Shown: positions 1 to 13,757 of the stretch, one piece after another
How positions within the stretch are numbered: the stretch's first letter is position 1
Layout: each line of letters opens with the position of its first letter
Assembly (NCBI GenBank): GCA_030141605.1
Contig: JAQGDQ010000239.1
Span: 186,001 to 250,000, forward strand
Source of the DNA: Tubiluchus corallicola
Taxonomy: Eukaryota; Animalia; Priapulida
Direction: 5' to 3'
DNA: 64,000 bases
Notes under the pieces: generated by a model
What the model was told of the DNA's origin: nothing
What the model saw: the letters and a program-made list of their open reading frames with translations, nothing else
Databases searched by the model: none
Translations under genes and position numbers: made by a program

Positions 1-1017
1 TTTTTGAAGTGCTTGCCAAATGATGTGAAACTATAATTTCTATGCAGCTCTTTCAATGTCTGCGTAAGTCTAAGAAACCTCTTCGTTGGCATTTCCAGTT
101 ATTTACAATAATAAGTGAAAAGGCGAGAATACATGGCAAACAAGGAAACAGAAAACTCGGCTTTGGTTAGATAATTAACGCATTTTAGCGAAAAGTGAGA
201 GTGGGGCGGGCATTCAAGCGTTTCATGAAAATCTAAACTTGCCCTAGTATCGCTGTGCTTGGACATGCACCTCTCTAACTATGTGTAGTGGGTTATTCAA
301 CCAGGAATAGTTCGCATTTTCATTTCCACTAGGGCAATAGACTCAGAAAACACAACAAAATCAAATTATCTAGTCTACCAAACTGAAAACAAAGGTATTT
401 GTTGTGGGCAGCAATTTTGCTACAAGTTTTTATAGACGTGGCAGTAACCTCTCAAGCACGTGCATACGCCGCTGCGTTGACTATTTGCAGTTAGGATGAA
501 TTAAATACGAATTTAGAAATAAAATAATTATTATGTATGCAAAAATATTATGACTGCCATTTAAAATAATACGCGCAGACTGCAAGCAGATTCATACTTA
601 AGAATACGAACGAACTGACTTCTTATAAATCGTATGAAATAATAAAATGTTTGAGCAGTTTTTGACTTGAAGAAATCGGTTGTCATAAGAAATAAATACA
701 TAAACGATCCGGAAATTGTTGCAGCTACATCATAACATAGTGGTATTTTGCTTCGTAAACAGGGCTAATATAATCACTAATCAAAGTGGGACACGTAACA
801 AAATGGACTACCTGGTTCACTAACCCGCCCCATGCATTTCACTTTCCATGCGAATTTCACCAGTACATGCAGAGACTTAATTAATTAAAATCTTAAGCAG
901 TACTGAATTTGAATGTCGGGTATTCAAGGTTCTAAGTTAGAAAGGTTACATTAATAAGAAAATTAATACTGATTACGAAAAAAATTCATTTTATCTTGTG
1001 AAAATAATTTGGCGAAC

Positions 1018-1753
1018 TACATAAAAAGCTGGACTCTTGACAACTTGCACGTTTCGTGAATGAAAATTTTGTAACTGGTAATTTGATAACCTGGATCTGA
1101 GTACGGTGGTCTTTTTACGGTTGGCCAATACACTTTAGAATATATTATGATAAAGTGGTAGATTCCTTGTTTCAACTGAAAGAATTACTTTGTGTAGTTA
1201 AAATGGCACCATTGCTTTTTTTTCTAAATAAGAGTGCTATACGATGCAATGATAGCAAATTTCTGGATGTCAAAGTGAATTTAGGCTCTGATTTTCCAGA
1301 ACTCAGCAGCAATGTTTGCAAACCTATCCGGTTTACTTGCTCGTCTTTATGGTAAATCCGTGGCAGAGAAAATACCTGTAGCTGAATGATTACGATGTGT
1401 TTAAGCAACGAAGCGTGACTAGTGAATGTATTGGTGACCAGCAGGTGTTTTTTCTGTTACAATACAAGGTTATACATATGAGCGAGGATATATATATATA
1501 TATATGTCATTCTGTCCCCAAATGTGCTCTTCTGAGGTGAGACGAGACGTTCCCGTCCTGTTTTCATTATTAGCCATCAACATTAATCTTTTAAAGCGAA
1601 CCGATGTACATAAAAAGCTGAACTGATGACAACTTGTGCGTTTCGTGAATGGAAATTTTGTAGCTGGTCTTTTGGTAACCTAATGTCTAAATACCTCTGG
1701 TCTTTTTACGTAACACAAAATACACTTTAGAAGATACCATGATAAAGTGGTAG
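1018..1753. repeat. Diverged ~145-bp direct repeat pair (1018-1161 and 1607-1753)
   Basis: Both copies run TACATAAAAAGCTG...CGTTTCGTGAATG...GGTCTTTTTACG...ATACACTTTAGAA...ATGATAAAGTGGTAG. Confidence 0.9.
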
Positions 1754-3330
1754 CTTGACAGTTTGGTAGCTGGGTACACATTTGGTAGGTGGCAAACTCA
1801 AAGCTACGGAGTTTCAGGTTAAAAAGTTTTCCAGGTAAAGAGAGGCCATTAACTGAAGGCCCAGTTACATTGATTTATCAGAATGGTAAAGGCTAAACAT
1901 AGTCTTCTATTATTCAGCCACTGCTAGATCAAATGTCTCTGTATTTAGTTCATGTATATTTTGTGATTACATTTCAGTGTAACAATTTATTTGTTGGCAA
2001 AATTTGTTGGCTAGTCCATCACCAAGAAGGGCGGATTTTACAAAATTAGACGAGTGTCAGCGAAGAGGTTTGTCAATGGTTTGCCAAAAGACATCCGTAC
2101 TAAATTATATCAACTGCAGTTGGAAGTGCGGCTCAGTAATAGTAACTTCGAGCATTTATTTGAATGACACGTGCAGTACATGAATTCATGGCTGTCATCG
2201 AACTCCTTTAACTTAAGCAAATAAGAGCTTAACACATTAACATAAAATTATTTCAAAGTAACTATTCCCTTGATTGTTATTTTTTGTCTGAATTTTAAAC
2301 TTAAACCAATTAATTTCGAAAAGTAGTCCTATGCTTGCTTAGAAAAGTGAACGCAATTATTATTCTTAAGTAAACAGACATCACATTGTAAGGTCTTCTG
2401 CAGAGCAATGAGGTAGCATAGGGAGGGGTGTAGTTTTATGACTCTTCTCTTCTTCCCCACACAAGCATATTAGTTAAAACTATGAGCCAGAACTGTGTAC
2501 ACTGAAAGCCACAATCATTTATGCAGCCGCAATATCGGTCAATGTTCCAGTAACGGGCTGTACAGGTTCATTGACGCTCCTCCTGGCCTTCAATAGCTGA
2601 CATAAATAGACAAGTAGTGAGCCAATCCTGCCAGCAAGAAACATTTAAGTGTCCACAGAGATAAGAAGATCATGTTTGCGTAGTTGAACTTCAGCAGATG
2701 ACTGCCGGAGCATTTACCGACCTTGAACAAACACTGGTTTGTTGTGGAGAGTCTAATTAATCAATGATTAAATTGCGATTAAAGAAAATTACCCTATACT
2801 TTCTGAAAGCGTAATTTTTCTTGACTAAACCAAAATATCGTATGCCTGAAAATATACAAGAAAACTCCTAGGACTTTATGCATTCGGAGACATGACTTTA
2901 AATCTTTTACGTTCTGCTCATATTTGAAATGAGCAATAGTGGCGACAACGACATAGCAAAACTACAACATCAACAATAACAAATCAGTAGGTATAAGTAG
3001 CAATTAAATAACCGTTTTTAGTAACTTCTAGACACACACATGCCTTAAATTTTTCTGACAATATGTACGTCTGAAGACGCATACGCAATAGCGCAACAAA
3101 TCTCATATAAAATAAAGTATATGTTATGTACTTACTAGAGCCGGCCCCGAGTTAGGACTAAGCCACTAGCCTCACACAGTTGCGGGAAGCATGTTACTGC
3201 ATTTTAAAGTGAGATAATGCTTAATTTAATTAACTTAATTTAATTTAATATACAAGTAATTACCTTTTATGCATAACAAACAGCAGCAACCAACAGAGCT
3301 AAAGAAGAAAAATTGTTTTAACGGGCCCCT

Positions 3331-3654
3331 TGAGGTGAACTGGCGCATTATCAACCATAGGCCAAATGTTAAAGATCATTTAAGGCATAGGTCTACAATC
3401 TAATATTTTCATGAGGTGAACTGGCGCATTATCAACCATAGGCCAAATGTTAAAGATCATTTAAGGCATAGGTCTACAATCTAATATTTTCATGAGGTGA
3501 ACTGGCGCATTATCAACCATAGGCCAAATGTTAAAGATCATTTAAGGCATAGGTCTACAATCTAATATTTTCATGAGGTGAACTGGCGCATTATCAATCA
3601 TAGGCCAAATGTTAAGGATCATTTAAGGCACAGGTCTACAATCTAATATTTTCA
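3331..3654. repeat. Tandem array, 4 x 81 bp
   Basis: Units start at 3331, 3412, 3493 and 3574. The first three look identical and the fourth has 3 substitutions. No spacers. Confidence 0.97.
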
Positions 3655-4348
3655 TCAGATTTTTTTTATTTTTTAATAATTTACATCTGCAAAATCATCA
3701 AACTTTTAATAAAGTGAAAAATGAAAGAATTTTAAAAACTAAATCATCATATCATCTAGATTCTAGAAGTCTCTTATCTATGCATGCATTCACGAGGATC
3801 AGTGTTTTAGCTAATCGCCCTGCATACAAAAAGCAAAACGCGGAACTTCTCCTCATGCGCAGTCGACAGTTTCTTTTTGTATTGTTTATGCTATTGTTAA
3901 GCAGTAAATTGGACGTAAACAGCGAACTGACAAGTTTTTAAGGTTCAGCATGTCAAATGAAAAAAATCGCCACCATCAGGCTGGGTCAATGAAAGCGAAA
4001 TGTGAAAACGCTCTATTAACCAGAATGTTGCCCTTGCGCAGCGAACGTGCTTTAAAGTTTTTGCACGTTTAAATAACACGAATATATTACCCTAAAAGAA
4101 AGCTAATTAAAAGCTAGTTTTAACAGCATGCTAGGTAGTGCTTGCTCCGAACAAACATATGAGAATTTACCGATATAACGATTAGATAGCAAAATAAAAT
4201 CGCATTTCGCACATAATGGACAGGATATAGATTTTCGTCTGAATTACCGTTTTTTCAACTGGCAACCTCTGGCAATGATCTTTTGAAATCCAAACACAAA
4301 CTGATTGTACCATCCCAGAGTATGTAGTACTGTTGCACAAACTCACCA

Positions 4349-4532
4349 TATGATATGGCATGGTACGACATAGGATGGCGTGGTATGGTATGGTATAGTA
4401 TGGTATGGTATGGTATGATATGGTATGGTATGGTATGGTATGGTATGGTATGGTATGGTATGGTATGGTATGGTATGGTATGGTATGGTGTGGTATGGTA
4501 TGACATTATATGGTATTATATGGTACGGTATA
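4349..4532. repeat. (TATGG)n pentanucleotide satellite
   Basis: Pure core with degenerate edges; it generates the spurious YHTIP and MVWYG ORFs. Confidence 0.97.
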
Positions 4533-7500
4533 TAATAGGAAACAAAATTTAAAGTTTTATTTAATGCTGCAGGTGAAAGTTACAGAGAGGAAAATCAGCT
4601 TAGTGTTAATTAATGGACGGTGAAGCATATGAAAACGGGTGATTAAGGAAAACAAAGATTAGAGAAGATGAACAAGGTACCCAACGAGGTAAATTTATTT
4701 CGTAAAATGCACGCAGTGTAGAAGTTATATAATCTAAATATAAATATAAATAATCTTTTTTCCTATAATAACTTTGGGTTTCTTGTTATCTGCTATAATT
4801 AACGACTTTCAGGGTGACTCTCTGCATATAAACAAACTGTCTTCTGACCTACTTCTTTAATAATCTTACAAGCTCTAAATGCAAGTAATTAGTATGAATA
4901 CACCAAGCAGCCTGAATTATAAGAATACATCCTAGGATCAATTATTTCACCTTCGTCACGAGGCTAAATCCCACCTGCTCTGACAACAAAGCCGAGAATG
5001 TCACCTTCTTAATCTGGCTTCGTACTAGTAATTATAGTAGCAACTACATTTCTGTTGCTGAAGATGTTTTTCGGGAATTCTATATTTTGCAAATAACGTT
5101 ATCCTAAAATGAACTACAATGCGTTTTCGTTGGAACGGCTTTTCACTTTAACGAAAAAGGACGAAGAAAGAAACCCGCTTCCGTCAGTTTGGCTGTCTTC
5201 TATTGGATACCCTAAGCTTTCTGGGTAACACATTGAGCAAAGACGCATAGTGCATTTGTGTATAGGTAGCATCTATTCCCCGTAAAAAGTGTTTATAGGA
5301 TTAAGCGCCTTTAATCTACAAACGAGGACTAAAACGGTCGGTTTTCTCTTCTATACGATTACGTTTTACGTCGTAATCTAGCTTTTAACGGCAGGGTTTA
5401 CTCTTTGGTCAGGACGATTGTGGCTAAACTGCGAATCTGACTCGTTGTCAGAGCCATAACTCTAAAGTAGGCCACTGAACCGGCAACGGTATCTCAGCCG
5501 CATCTCTTCATATGTCCCTACATCCTCCCTGCATGGCGAATGAAACCAACTCACCAACAATTGAATCGATTCATCCGTGAACTCACTGATCAACCTCAGA
5601 ATCATCCTAAGTTCGGATGCCAATCACAACGCCTTGACCACAAGGCCCCGTATACGCCGCCTTAAGTTCTTTTTGAACTAACAGGCCTCAATATTTTACT
5701 GGAATCTTTTCACTCACTCGATATGCATTGTCAAGACTGCATATATATAAGCTACGCCTACAGAATAACATTGGCACGAATTTTCTTCAACGAACGTGTC
5801 ATCCTAGGTAACTCAACTATTGAAGGAATAACTTTCATGTAGGCCTTATAGTAAAGAACTAATGCACATGACGCCCAGCCAATACTAAAGTGTATTTCTA
5901 AATTTCTATTTCAACTAAGATATTACTAAATTTCAATATCAGTCACTAGAAGTTTGCAATATAACTAGCAAAAGTAATATGTGAAAATGTGAAACTTAAC
6001 GTTGGCATAATGATCTCCTAATTATGGCTGTTATACACGCTCTACAATGCAGCCTTTTCATTACCTTGACGACTTTCACCTCAGTCTTCACGCCTTCAAT
6101 TAAACTAGCAAAGAATTCAAGTTATATCTTTGAGCGCGTTCACCGAAAAGGAGAGAGTAACTTGCATGCATGTCCAGTGTCAATGACCAAACATTTTCAA
6201 ATAATTTAACTGTTGAAATGAATACGAAAAACAAACAAAGTTTGAAATGGTATAAACTTCGTATAATGTGAGAATCGTGTTAGAAATATAATTTTACGCC
6301 GGCATCAACCGCTTACAATGTTTTCCAATAATATTTATGCAAAGTCGGTCGAATAAATTGAAACTGATAAATATAGGATTTCCTTTTTAACGACAGGGCA
6401 TAAACAATTAAATCATTTACATTTTTTTAAAATAATGCCGTGGCTTGTAATCCATTTGGTAATCGACAGCTATCTATCTATATATAGTAGACTATACATA
6501 ACTATCTGTATATTACAAATAGACACAAGAATTACAAACATTTTATATGCGTACATATATTTTATGTGCAAGGCACAAAAACCAAAATCAATTATTTTGT
6601 AACATACTTTGCAACAATACTTATGTGGCTAATAAATATCCGGTAAGAAAAAGAAGTGTTTTTTTTTTCTCCCCGAGTTTTTATTATTTGCTCTAATTCT
6701 TATTTATTACTAACCATGACAGTGTAATTTTAAGTGTATGTAATGCCGTACTTAACTTACTTAAACGTACAAACAATCTCTTCTTGTAAAAACATTGTAT
6801 TTAAAAAAGATAGTTTCGATTGTTGAAAATTAGATAGTTAAAGATCTTAAAGAGTCTCAACGGCGCAGGTATCTCCCCCTTTGCAAACTTCAAGGCAGTA
6901 TGCTTGTCATCCTGGGCTAGCCCACCTCTGTAAAGTTTACATTTAGTTTTCTATATTCAAATTCTTTTGAAGCTCTTTTTAAAGATGTTATCATAAATTT
7001 CGTATTTTAATGTTTGGTGTAGTTTTAACATTTTTTTAACTTGTGTAGTAAATTTTTAAGAATATGTTTAGTTTTTATGGATATATTGTCTGTGTGAATT
7101 CCATGTTGAATTTGATGACCTCTGTGCTCATTAAATGAATAAATTAAATTCTTTTATTTTGATTAAAAATAAATTTCTTGTGTTGATATAATGTCGGCCA
7201 ATAACTTAAGGTAAACATGATATGAAATATATAAAACTTCTAAAGTCTCAAAAACCTTTATTACAAACAAAATCAATAACCAAAAAACAATAAAAGCGTA
7301 TAGTTAAATAATTAAATACGAAATAATGCAAATAAAACAAGTTGTCAATGCAGTTAGAGCCCATATTAACCTTAACATAATGAGTGATTTCAAATCACTG
7401 CTTCATTATTCAAACCCTATAACAAGCCACAGTGTGTAACAGCTATGTGAATGACTCTGAAGATGTATTGTTTCCACAGAGTGCACTGTGCCAACCAACT

Positions 7501-9442
7501 TTCAGTTTCACTTGCTTTGATAAGCGGTAACCGTTGTGCATCGCCCATCAGTAATTTGCAGTACTTGCTCCACTTCCTAGTCCTTACATACAGGTCAATG
7601 CCCATTGACATAACTATTAGCTTTACACTTTCAACGCTGCAATGGTTTTTCACATTCAAGAGTGCCACCACAAAATTTCAGTTTGGACAAATTTTCACCT
7701 GACAAGTCTTGATAAAATTGACAAGTGTAAAACTCTACATACAAGTGGCAGGCTATAAGAGAAAACTGAAACAACTTTCCATTGCTTACCTTAATCAGCG
7801 TTGGGTATATACATGTACTACTTTTTTGCACAACTGGAAGTAAATTATCAAGGACCTCACACACAGTAGCGTTTACAACCGTGAGTTATTACAATGCAGA
7901 ACCATTGCAGAACTTTGCGCATATGCAATATTTTATAATTATGAATTTGTGTTGCAAAATTGAACCCTGGCCGATCTGGTAACCCTAGTCGAATTACTTT
8001 TTTAAAAAACAATCTTTTAGGCAGTTCACTGTGAGGAAAACGGATGCTGTTAACTGAGCTTTTCCAAAAGTTCACTGCACTTTTTGTTTCGTAGCATCCC
8101 CATTTAGCAAGAATCATACATGTGCTATTATAATAAAACATCGAGTGGCCAAACATAAACATGGCGGTGCATTTGGTGAAACTCTTAGCGTCAGGTTTCA
8201 TTGACCTGAGATCAAGCTTGAAATGTGATTCGTTTTTTTGCACTCTACATTTAAACTAAACTAAAAAACAATAATATTATCTAATAATAAAATTAGGTAA
8301 TCGTCGTGGTAGTGGTGGCGGTCGTGATCGTAGCAGTGTGGTGGTGATGATGGTGACGATAATGACGACAACGACTGCCAAGATCTTTTTAAATTTAAAA
8401 ATGCTAGTTATAAAAAGCTTTTATAGCAGAAGTTATCGACTATTCCGTAAAAATAAATGTACAGTACCAATTGTCGAAATTGGCACTAGGTTTAGGAAAA
8501 GTTCAATTGCAGATTTGCTAATTTTTTGTGATTTCTTGCCAAATTACGCATAATTTCTGGAATCTCCCCAGTTTTCCCGAGATTCTTTTAAAACAACAGG
8601 CAAGAGATTTCAGTAATTTTATATCATTGTTAGCAAAACAATAAAACAGAATGTAACACTCTAAACAGGTATATCAGCTGCAGTATCGACCACTCCACCA
8701 AAACCAGAAAGCGCTGACCAATTCAAAACCATTGTGTGTCTCCATCTGCAGGTGTGCTTACAAACAAGAACAGTGCATATCTACATTATTATGCTCAAAG
8801 TAGAGAGCTTTAAAGTCTCGAGAAAAAGGAGGAAGTGGAAAGAAAGAACAAAAGGAAAAAGAAAACAGAAAAACTACAGAGGAACGGAGACAATGAAAGG
8901 AAAAACAGATCAGAATAGAAAGAGTGAATGAAAAAAGGGAAAAAGAAAAATAGTGCAATAGATGACAGGTGCTACAAAAATTATTAATCATTAAATGTTA
9001 GACGAATAAATAAAGACAGAAAAGGAGAATTGAAGGTAAAACGGAAAAAAGAAACATGTAGAACAGGTAGAAAAAATGAAGAAAAGGAAGAAGAAAGAAG
9101 AATGAGAACATAGTGGTTAAGAAAATGAAGCAGAAATAACGTAAACTGTTCTATATTCATAATTAATAATCACTAAACATTAACAAACAAGCAAACAAAT
9201 ATTGATCAAACTGGCGAGAAAAAAGGATAGATATACAGCTAGAGTGGTCAACGAAAAAAAGAACAAATAAAAAATGAAAGACGAAGAATAAAATGCAATT
9301 GGTATCTCAGAAAGAAAGAATAAAAACAGATAGGAACAAGCTATTGAAAATATGGGACAGTCACATACAAAAACATCGACAAAATTGTAGATATATAGCT
9401 GTATTTAGATGTTAGGGTAGATCTAGACACATCTAAGATAAG

Positions 9443-9444
<2 letters not shown>

Positions 9445-9511
<67 letters not shown>

Positions 9512-9525
9512 GGGGGAAAGAGAGA
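9445..9525. repeat. (GA)n microsatellite
   Basis: Direct reading. Confidence 0.97.
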
Positions 9526-12500
9526 CAGGTTTTTATTTATTAGTATAAATCTTTTATTCTCCATTTGGAGAATATGTTTAGAGCCAAATACAATATATAG
9601 CTAAAAATACAATATACCATAGGCCTATGTACTACTCCCTGCTGTGTCAGTGGCATCATTAGTTCTTCGTGTTTTGCATACGAGATCTAAGGGCAGTAAA
9701 ATCCGGTCAGCTATTAGCGAAATAATTATGGCTTCTACTAAGTGATTATCTCATGCAGAAGATGCAGGCGCTTCGGTCAGCGGCCTAGATAACAGTCACT
9801 GACATAAGCAAAACAAACTCAAGGGCTCGAAGAAACCAGATGATGTTAACAGCAAACTGCATAATAAAAAGTATCTCTTTGAAAAATATTCTTATGGGGA
9901 GGGGATGCTTCTGCATGCACCTTTTTATGTAGAATTTACACTTTTGTGAAAGATTCATATTAAGCGCTAAACACCATTTTTGCTCTGAATCCGGCTTTCG
10001 CAAAGTCATTTAACTGAATCTAGCTCCCAGTCGTATCTTTTCAAAAAACACAAAGAACATCTTGCACACAGAATGGGTCTTCATTGCTGCAAATGACTTC
10101 CTAGAGTGAAATGGAGGTTAGCCCTACGTAACAGCTGCATCATGTAGGTGTAACGCCGAATAGACATACTGCCTGCCTGTATTTGCAGGACATTAATTTG
10201 GCTTCTAAACAAACATTTAATTACCAAAAACACTTTCTCTAATTACAAAAGGTGATAAAATATATGTTTAGAGCAATGGTCAAAGTACGGACTGGTCTGT
10301 AAAATCGTCCTGTTTCATTGTAGGTCACTCAAATGAGTAATCAGTGTAACTGTACTGCCTTTTGTGCATGGGGAGTCAATACTCTAGGCTAAATTCATAA
10401 ACGTTAAACGCACTGTAAAAGCAACGCTGGTAAATTCCATGCTTTAAGTGGATCATCAACAAATGTTTGTCTAGTAGTATGTGTATATACCTGCATAGCA
10501 CAAATTTATCAAACTGACGATGTTTGTGTACTCCATATAGATGCCAATGAACCTATAAATTATCTTACGTGTTTAATGTGCAACGCCATTAAAATTTACA
10601 TGTTATCGCATTTCAAACAAAGAAACTGGTTCAAAGTTCGAATATAGACTCTTAAGAGCATTAACATGTATACAATCAACTACGAGTAACTATATTATCG
10701 CTGACTGACTAAAATTGCACGCTGCTTCTTTTATGTCCAATGAAGCGATAATTCAAAATGTTTTCAACAAGCTGGTAGCACAAGGGTAGCAAGACTTGTG
10801 CACCATCCCATGTGCCATTTCCATTTCCAGTTAACTTTCACACTGACTGCAAAAAGTAGCCATCGCAAAAACAGTGAAAGACACATATATGGGCATCGTA
10901 TAATAAAATAATAATAAAGAACAACAACACGAACACTGTCTTTTGAAAAAGGTTCAGGTACGTACGTAATGAAGCAGGTTTCAAATAAAAGCTATAATAA
11001 TGCCATTTTCATTACATTGTCATTATTTTGCGATGAAATCCATGCCTTGTGTAAAATGCTTGGTTCTGTTAGAGGCAAATAACCCCTAAACATGAATATA
11101 ACTTACAATAAACGTGACGCCTAAACATAATATGTGCAAAACATATGTGACTTGAAACCAGTTCAATCACCAACTCAAACCGATTTCTCTAGTACATTAT
11201 GACATGTTACAGAAACCCAGTGTGAGTGACCCAGAGGGAGATGGCTTCGTAGCGCGTGCCATGTTTCAATAAACTCAAGTTACGGACAGAAGTATGCGTG
11301 CGCGAAACAAAGAACGTTTAATTTCGTTAGTGCAAAGTTGAAAAACCTCAAGTTCACTTCTTGAACTGTGCGTAGGGTGCCTCTTTTTTCAATTATCTGG
11401 TGATCAAAAGCTTTTGCAAGGCCTTCTGTAAAACTCGCTCCGAAAGAAAACTTTTCCGAATGAATGAGCAGTATTGCCACGTCTTATCGAGGATACATAT
11501 ACGTACAAACGGTTTTATTTTGGGGCCCCGAAGCAGACAAAGGTATTTCTTAAAATTGAGGATTTGATGTTCAGTAAATCTACGTGTAAACTCTTATAAA
11601 TAGTTTATTTCCGAGATCAGATAGAACATAACGTAACAAACATATTCAGCAATGTGCAGACATAAATGCAGCAAATAAATCTGTATTTAAGATTACATTC
11701 ACCAATCACCTTTTAGATTTGTTAATAGTGAAATGCTTTTTAAATGTTCATAATAATTTCTTTAAAAGGAAAAAACAAATTTAGCATTTAACTACAGCAC
11801 TAATTAAAATACACTTTTCTGGCTTTTTTGTGTGCAAAATTTCTAATAACACTATCAAAATCAATTTGTCTGGTAAGACCAGATTCAATACTCAGTCGTG
11901 CTAGATCAACAAGTCTGGTTTGAGACATAATGGACCTCAAATAGTTTTTGATCAGCTAAAGTTTACTAAAAGATCTACTATAGCTGGAATTGTCAACAAT
12001 ATGCTCAAACTAATACAAACATTTGGAAATATTTCACACAATTTGTAGTCTGACAGGAATGGGTGTTGCATGGTTGCGGTGGGACCCTTCTTAGCTCTTG
12101 GGCCTGAGAACAAAGTACCGGCTGGACCTTCCTCTCATTCACCCTGGCGGCGTAAGATCGGTAAAGTTTTTAGTCGACTTCATTTAAATTTGTTCAAGCA
12201 AGTCAAATTCTTCCATAGATAAGCATTTTGACATGAGCCATTTCTTCAGTTTTGATTTGCTTTGTGCAACAATAGGCCATAAGTTTCATTCTGGCTTCCC
12301 ACAACCTCATTGAGTGACTCATCTATTGGGCAACATCCTGCTTGAAATTTCTTGTGTCCTATTTATTCGGAGAGTATTATGTAGCCTCTGCTGTCAATAT
12401 TCCCCGAACTGATTACTCTCCAAATATAGGCCAATGAACCTAGAGAGGAAATAAGCATATCGACCCCGTTGCAACGTGTCACAATGAATAGCAAATTACT

Positions 12501-13676
12501 AATGTTGATATAAGCAGGAAAACAGGTTTCGAAATACGATCTGTAACATTTGGCTTCATAAACAAGCATAAGCGCATGAATGAATAGCGGAGCTTCCCGC
12601 ATTGCTTTGTTTTCGTACACTGTTTTTACCTATATGTAATTGCTGGCAATTTCTCAACTAGTCTGGTGGGTGTACTTCGCTACCAGGCAAGATAAAATAT
12701 CAAGGAGTGAAATCCAAGACACATCACAACGAAAAAAGATCGTCATAGCGTGACACTATGCTACCAATCATGCAAATTAGTTTAAAAGGTGTTGAAAATC
12801 GCTTTGCAAAAAAGCCTAAATTATAATACCTGATGGTGAGTGTAAATAAATTAAACTTAGTAACAACAGGTTTAATGAGATTAATGAACCAATGATCATC
12901 TTCGAATTAGCAGTGGGTAAAGTCACCGAGAGAACAGTAAAGCAACAAAAATTAAGATACATTGAGTGCAGATTTTAGCAGATGAAGGGATGAATGAATT
13001 CTAACAGATAATCTGACATAACCGAAATTTATAAGTATAAAAGGAACAGCGTGGATCTCATATACACAGCAGTTTTTTTTATCAAAACAGTCATTAATGC
13101 CCCGCGCACGATATTCTGAATCTGACCTTTAACGTCCTCCTTTAGCAAAGCACAAGGAGATCGTAGAATTTTCAAATAGCCGATAATGAATACCTCGTCT
13201 AGAAGCTTAGTAATTTGGCACGGATTCCGCCAGAATTGATTGTATTTGACGTCAGTTTCGTAGAGGTCAGGCTAACAAACTGGGCTACGTGACAGACTCC
13301 GTGCAGCAAGTAACTTGGCTTCAGCTCTCACAAACAAGTGCAACGCAGGTCAAATCCATAATTAATTGCTGCCCAAGTAAATAATGATTATCGCTAGTAG
13401 CACAATGAACTCAAAGGCTGACTCTACAAATAAATGCCAAGAAGTGCTAAAGGGGTGAGGGCTGACATGGTGAGGGAAAGCCGACTGACATGCAAAGAAA
13501 TGATATTTAAATAGTTGCCGTTTGATTATTATTTTTCGTTACGTCCTACTACATGTGTTATAACTTAACCATGCCCCTAATTGTGGGAACGTGCTAGTAA
13601 AAACTATAAAATAAATAAACAAGTTTTAAAACCATGTTATTAACGTTTAGTTTGTTTACTTTGGGCTGTAACAAAT

Positions 13677-13757
13677 AAAAGTAATGCCATATTATACATT
13701 TCGAGTAGTGTATTTTAAAAGCAATGCCATATTATATACATTTCGAGTAGTACATTT
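13677..13757. repeat. Local ~40-bp tandem duplication
   Basis: AAAAG(T/C)AATGCCATATTATA(TA)CATTTCGAGTAGT occurs twice. Confidence 0.85.

Noticed and set aside
2409-2435. let-7-like TGAGGTAG start
   Set aside because: Only the first 8 nt match and there is no complementary star arm for a pre-miRNA hairpin.
3331-3654. CRISPR-like array
   Set aside because: Units are contiguous with no unique spacers; eukaryotic context and no cas genes.
4255-4552. YHTIP and MVWYG repeat proteins
   Set aside because: Translations of the (TATGG)n satellite.
7417-8243. Cluster of overlapping short ORFs
   Set aside because: No recognisable domain or consistent splice pattern; may be a decayed element but unsupported.
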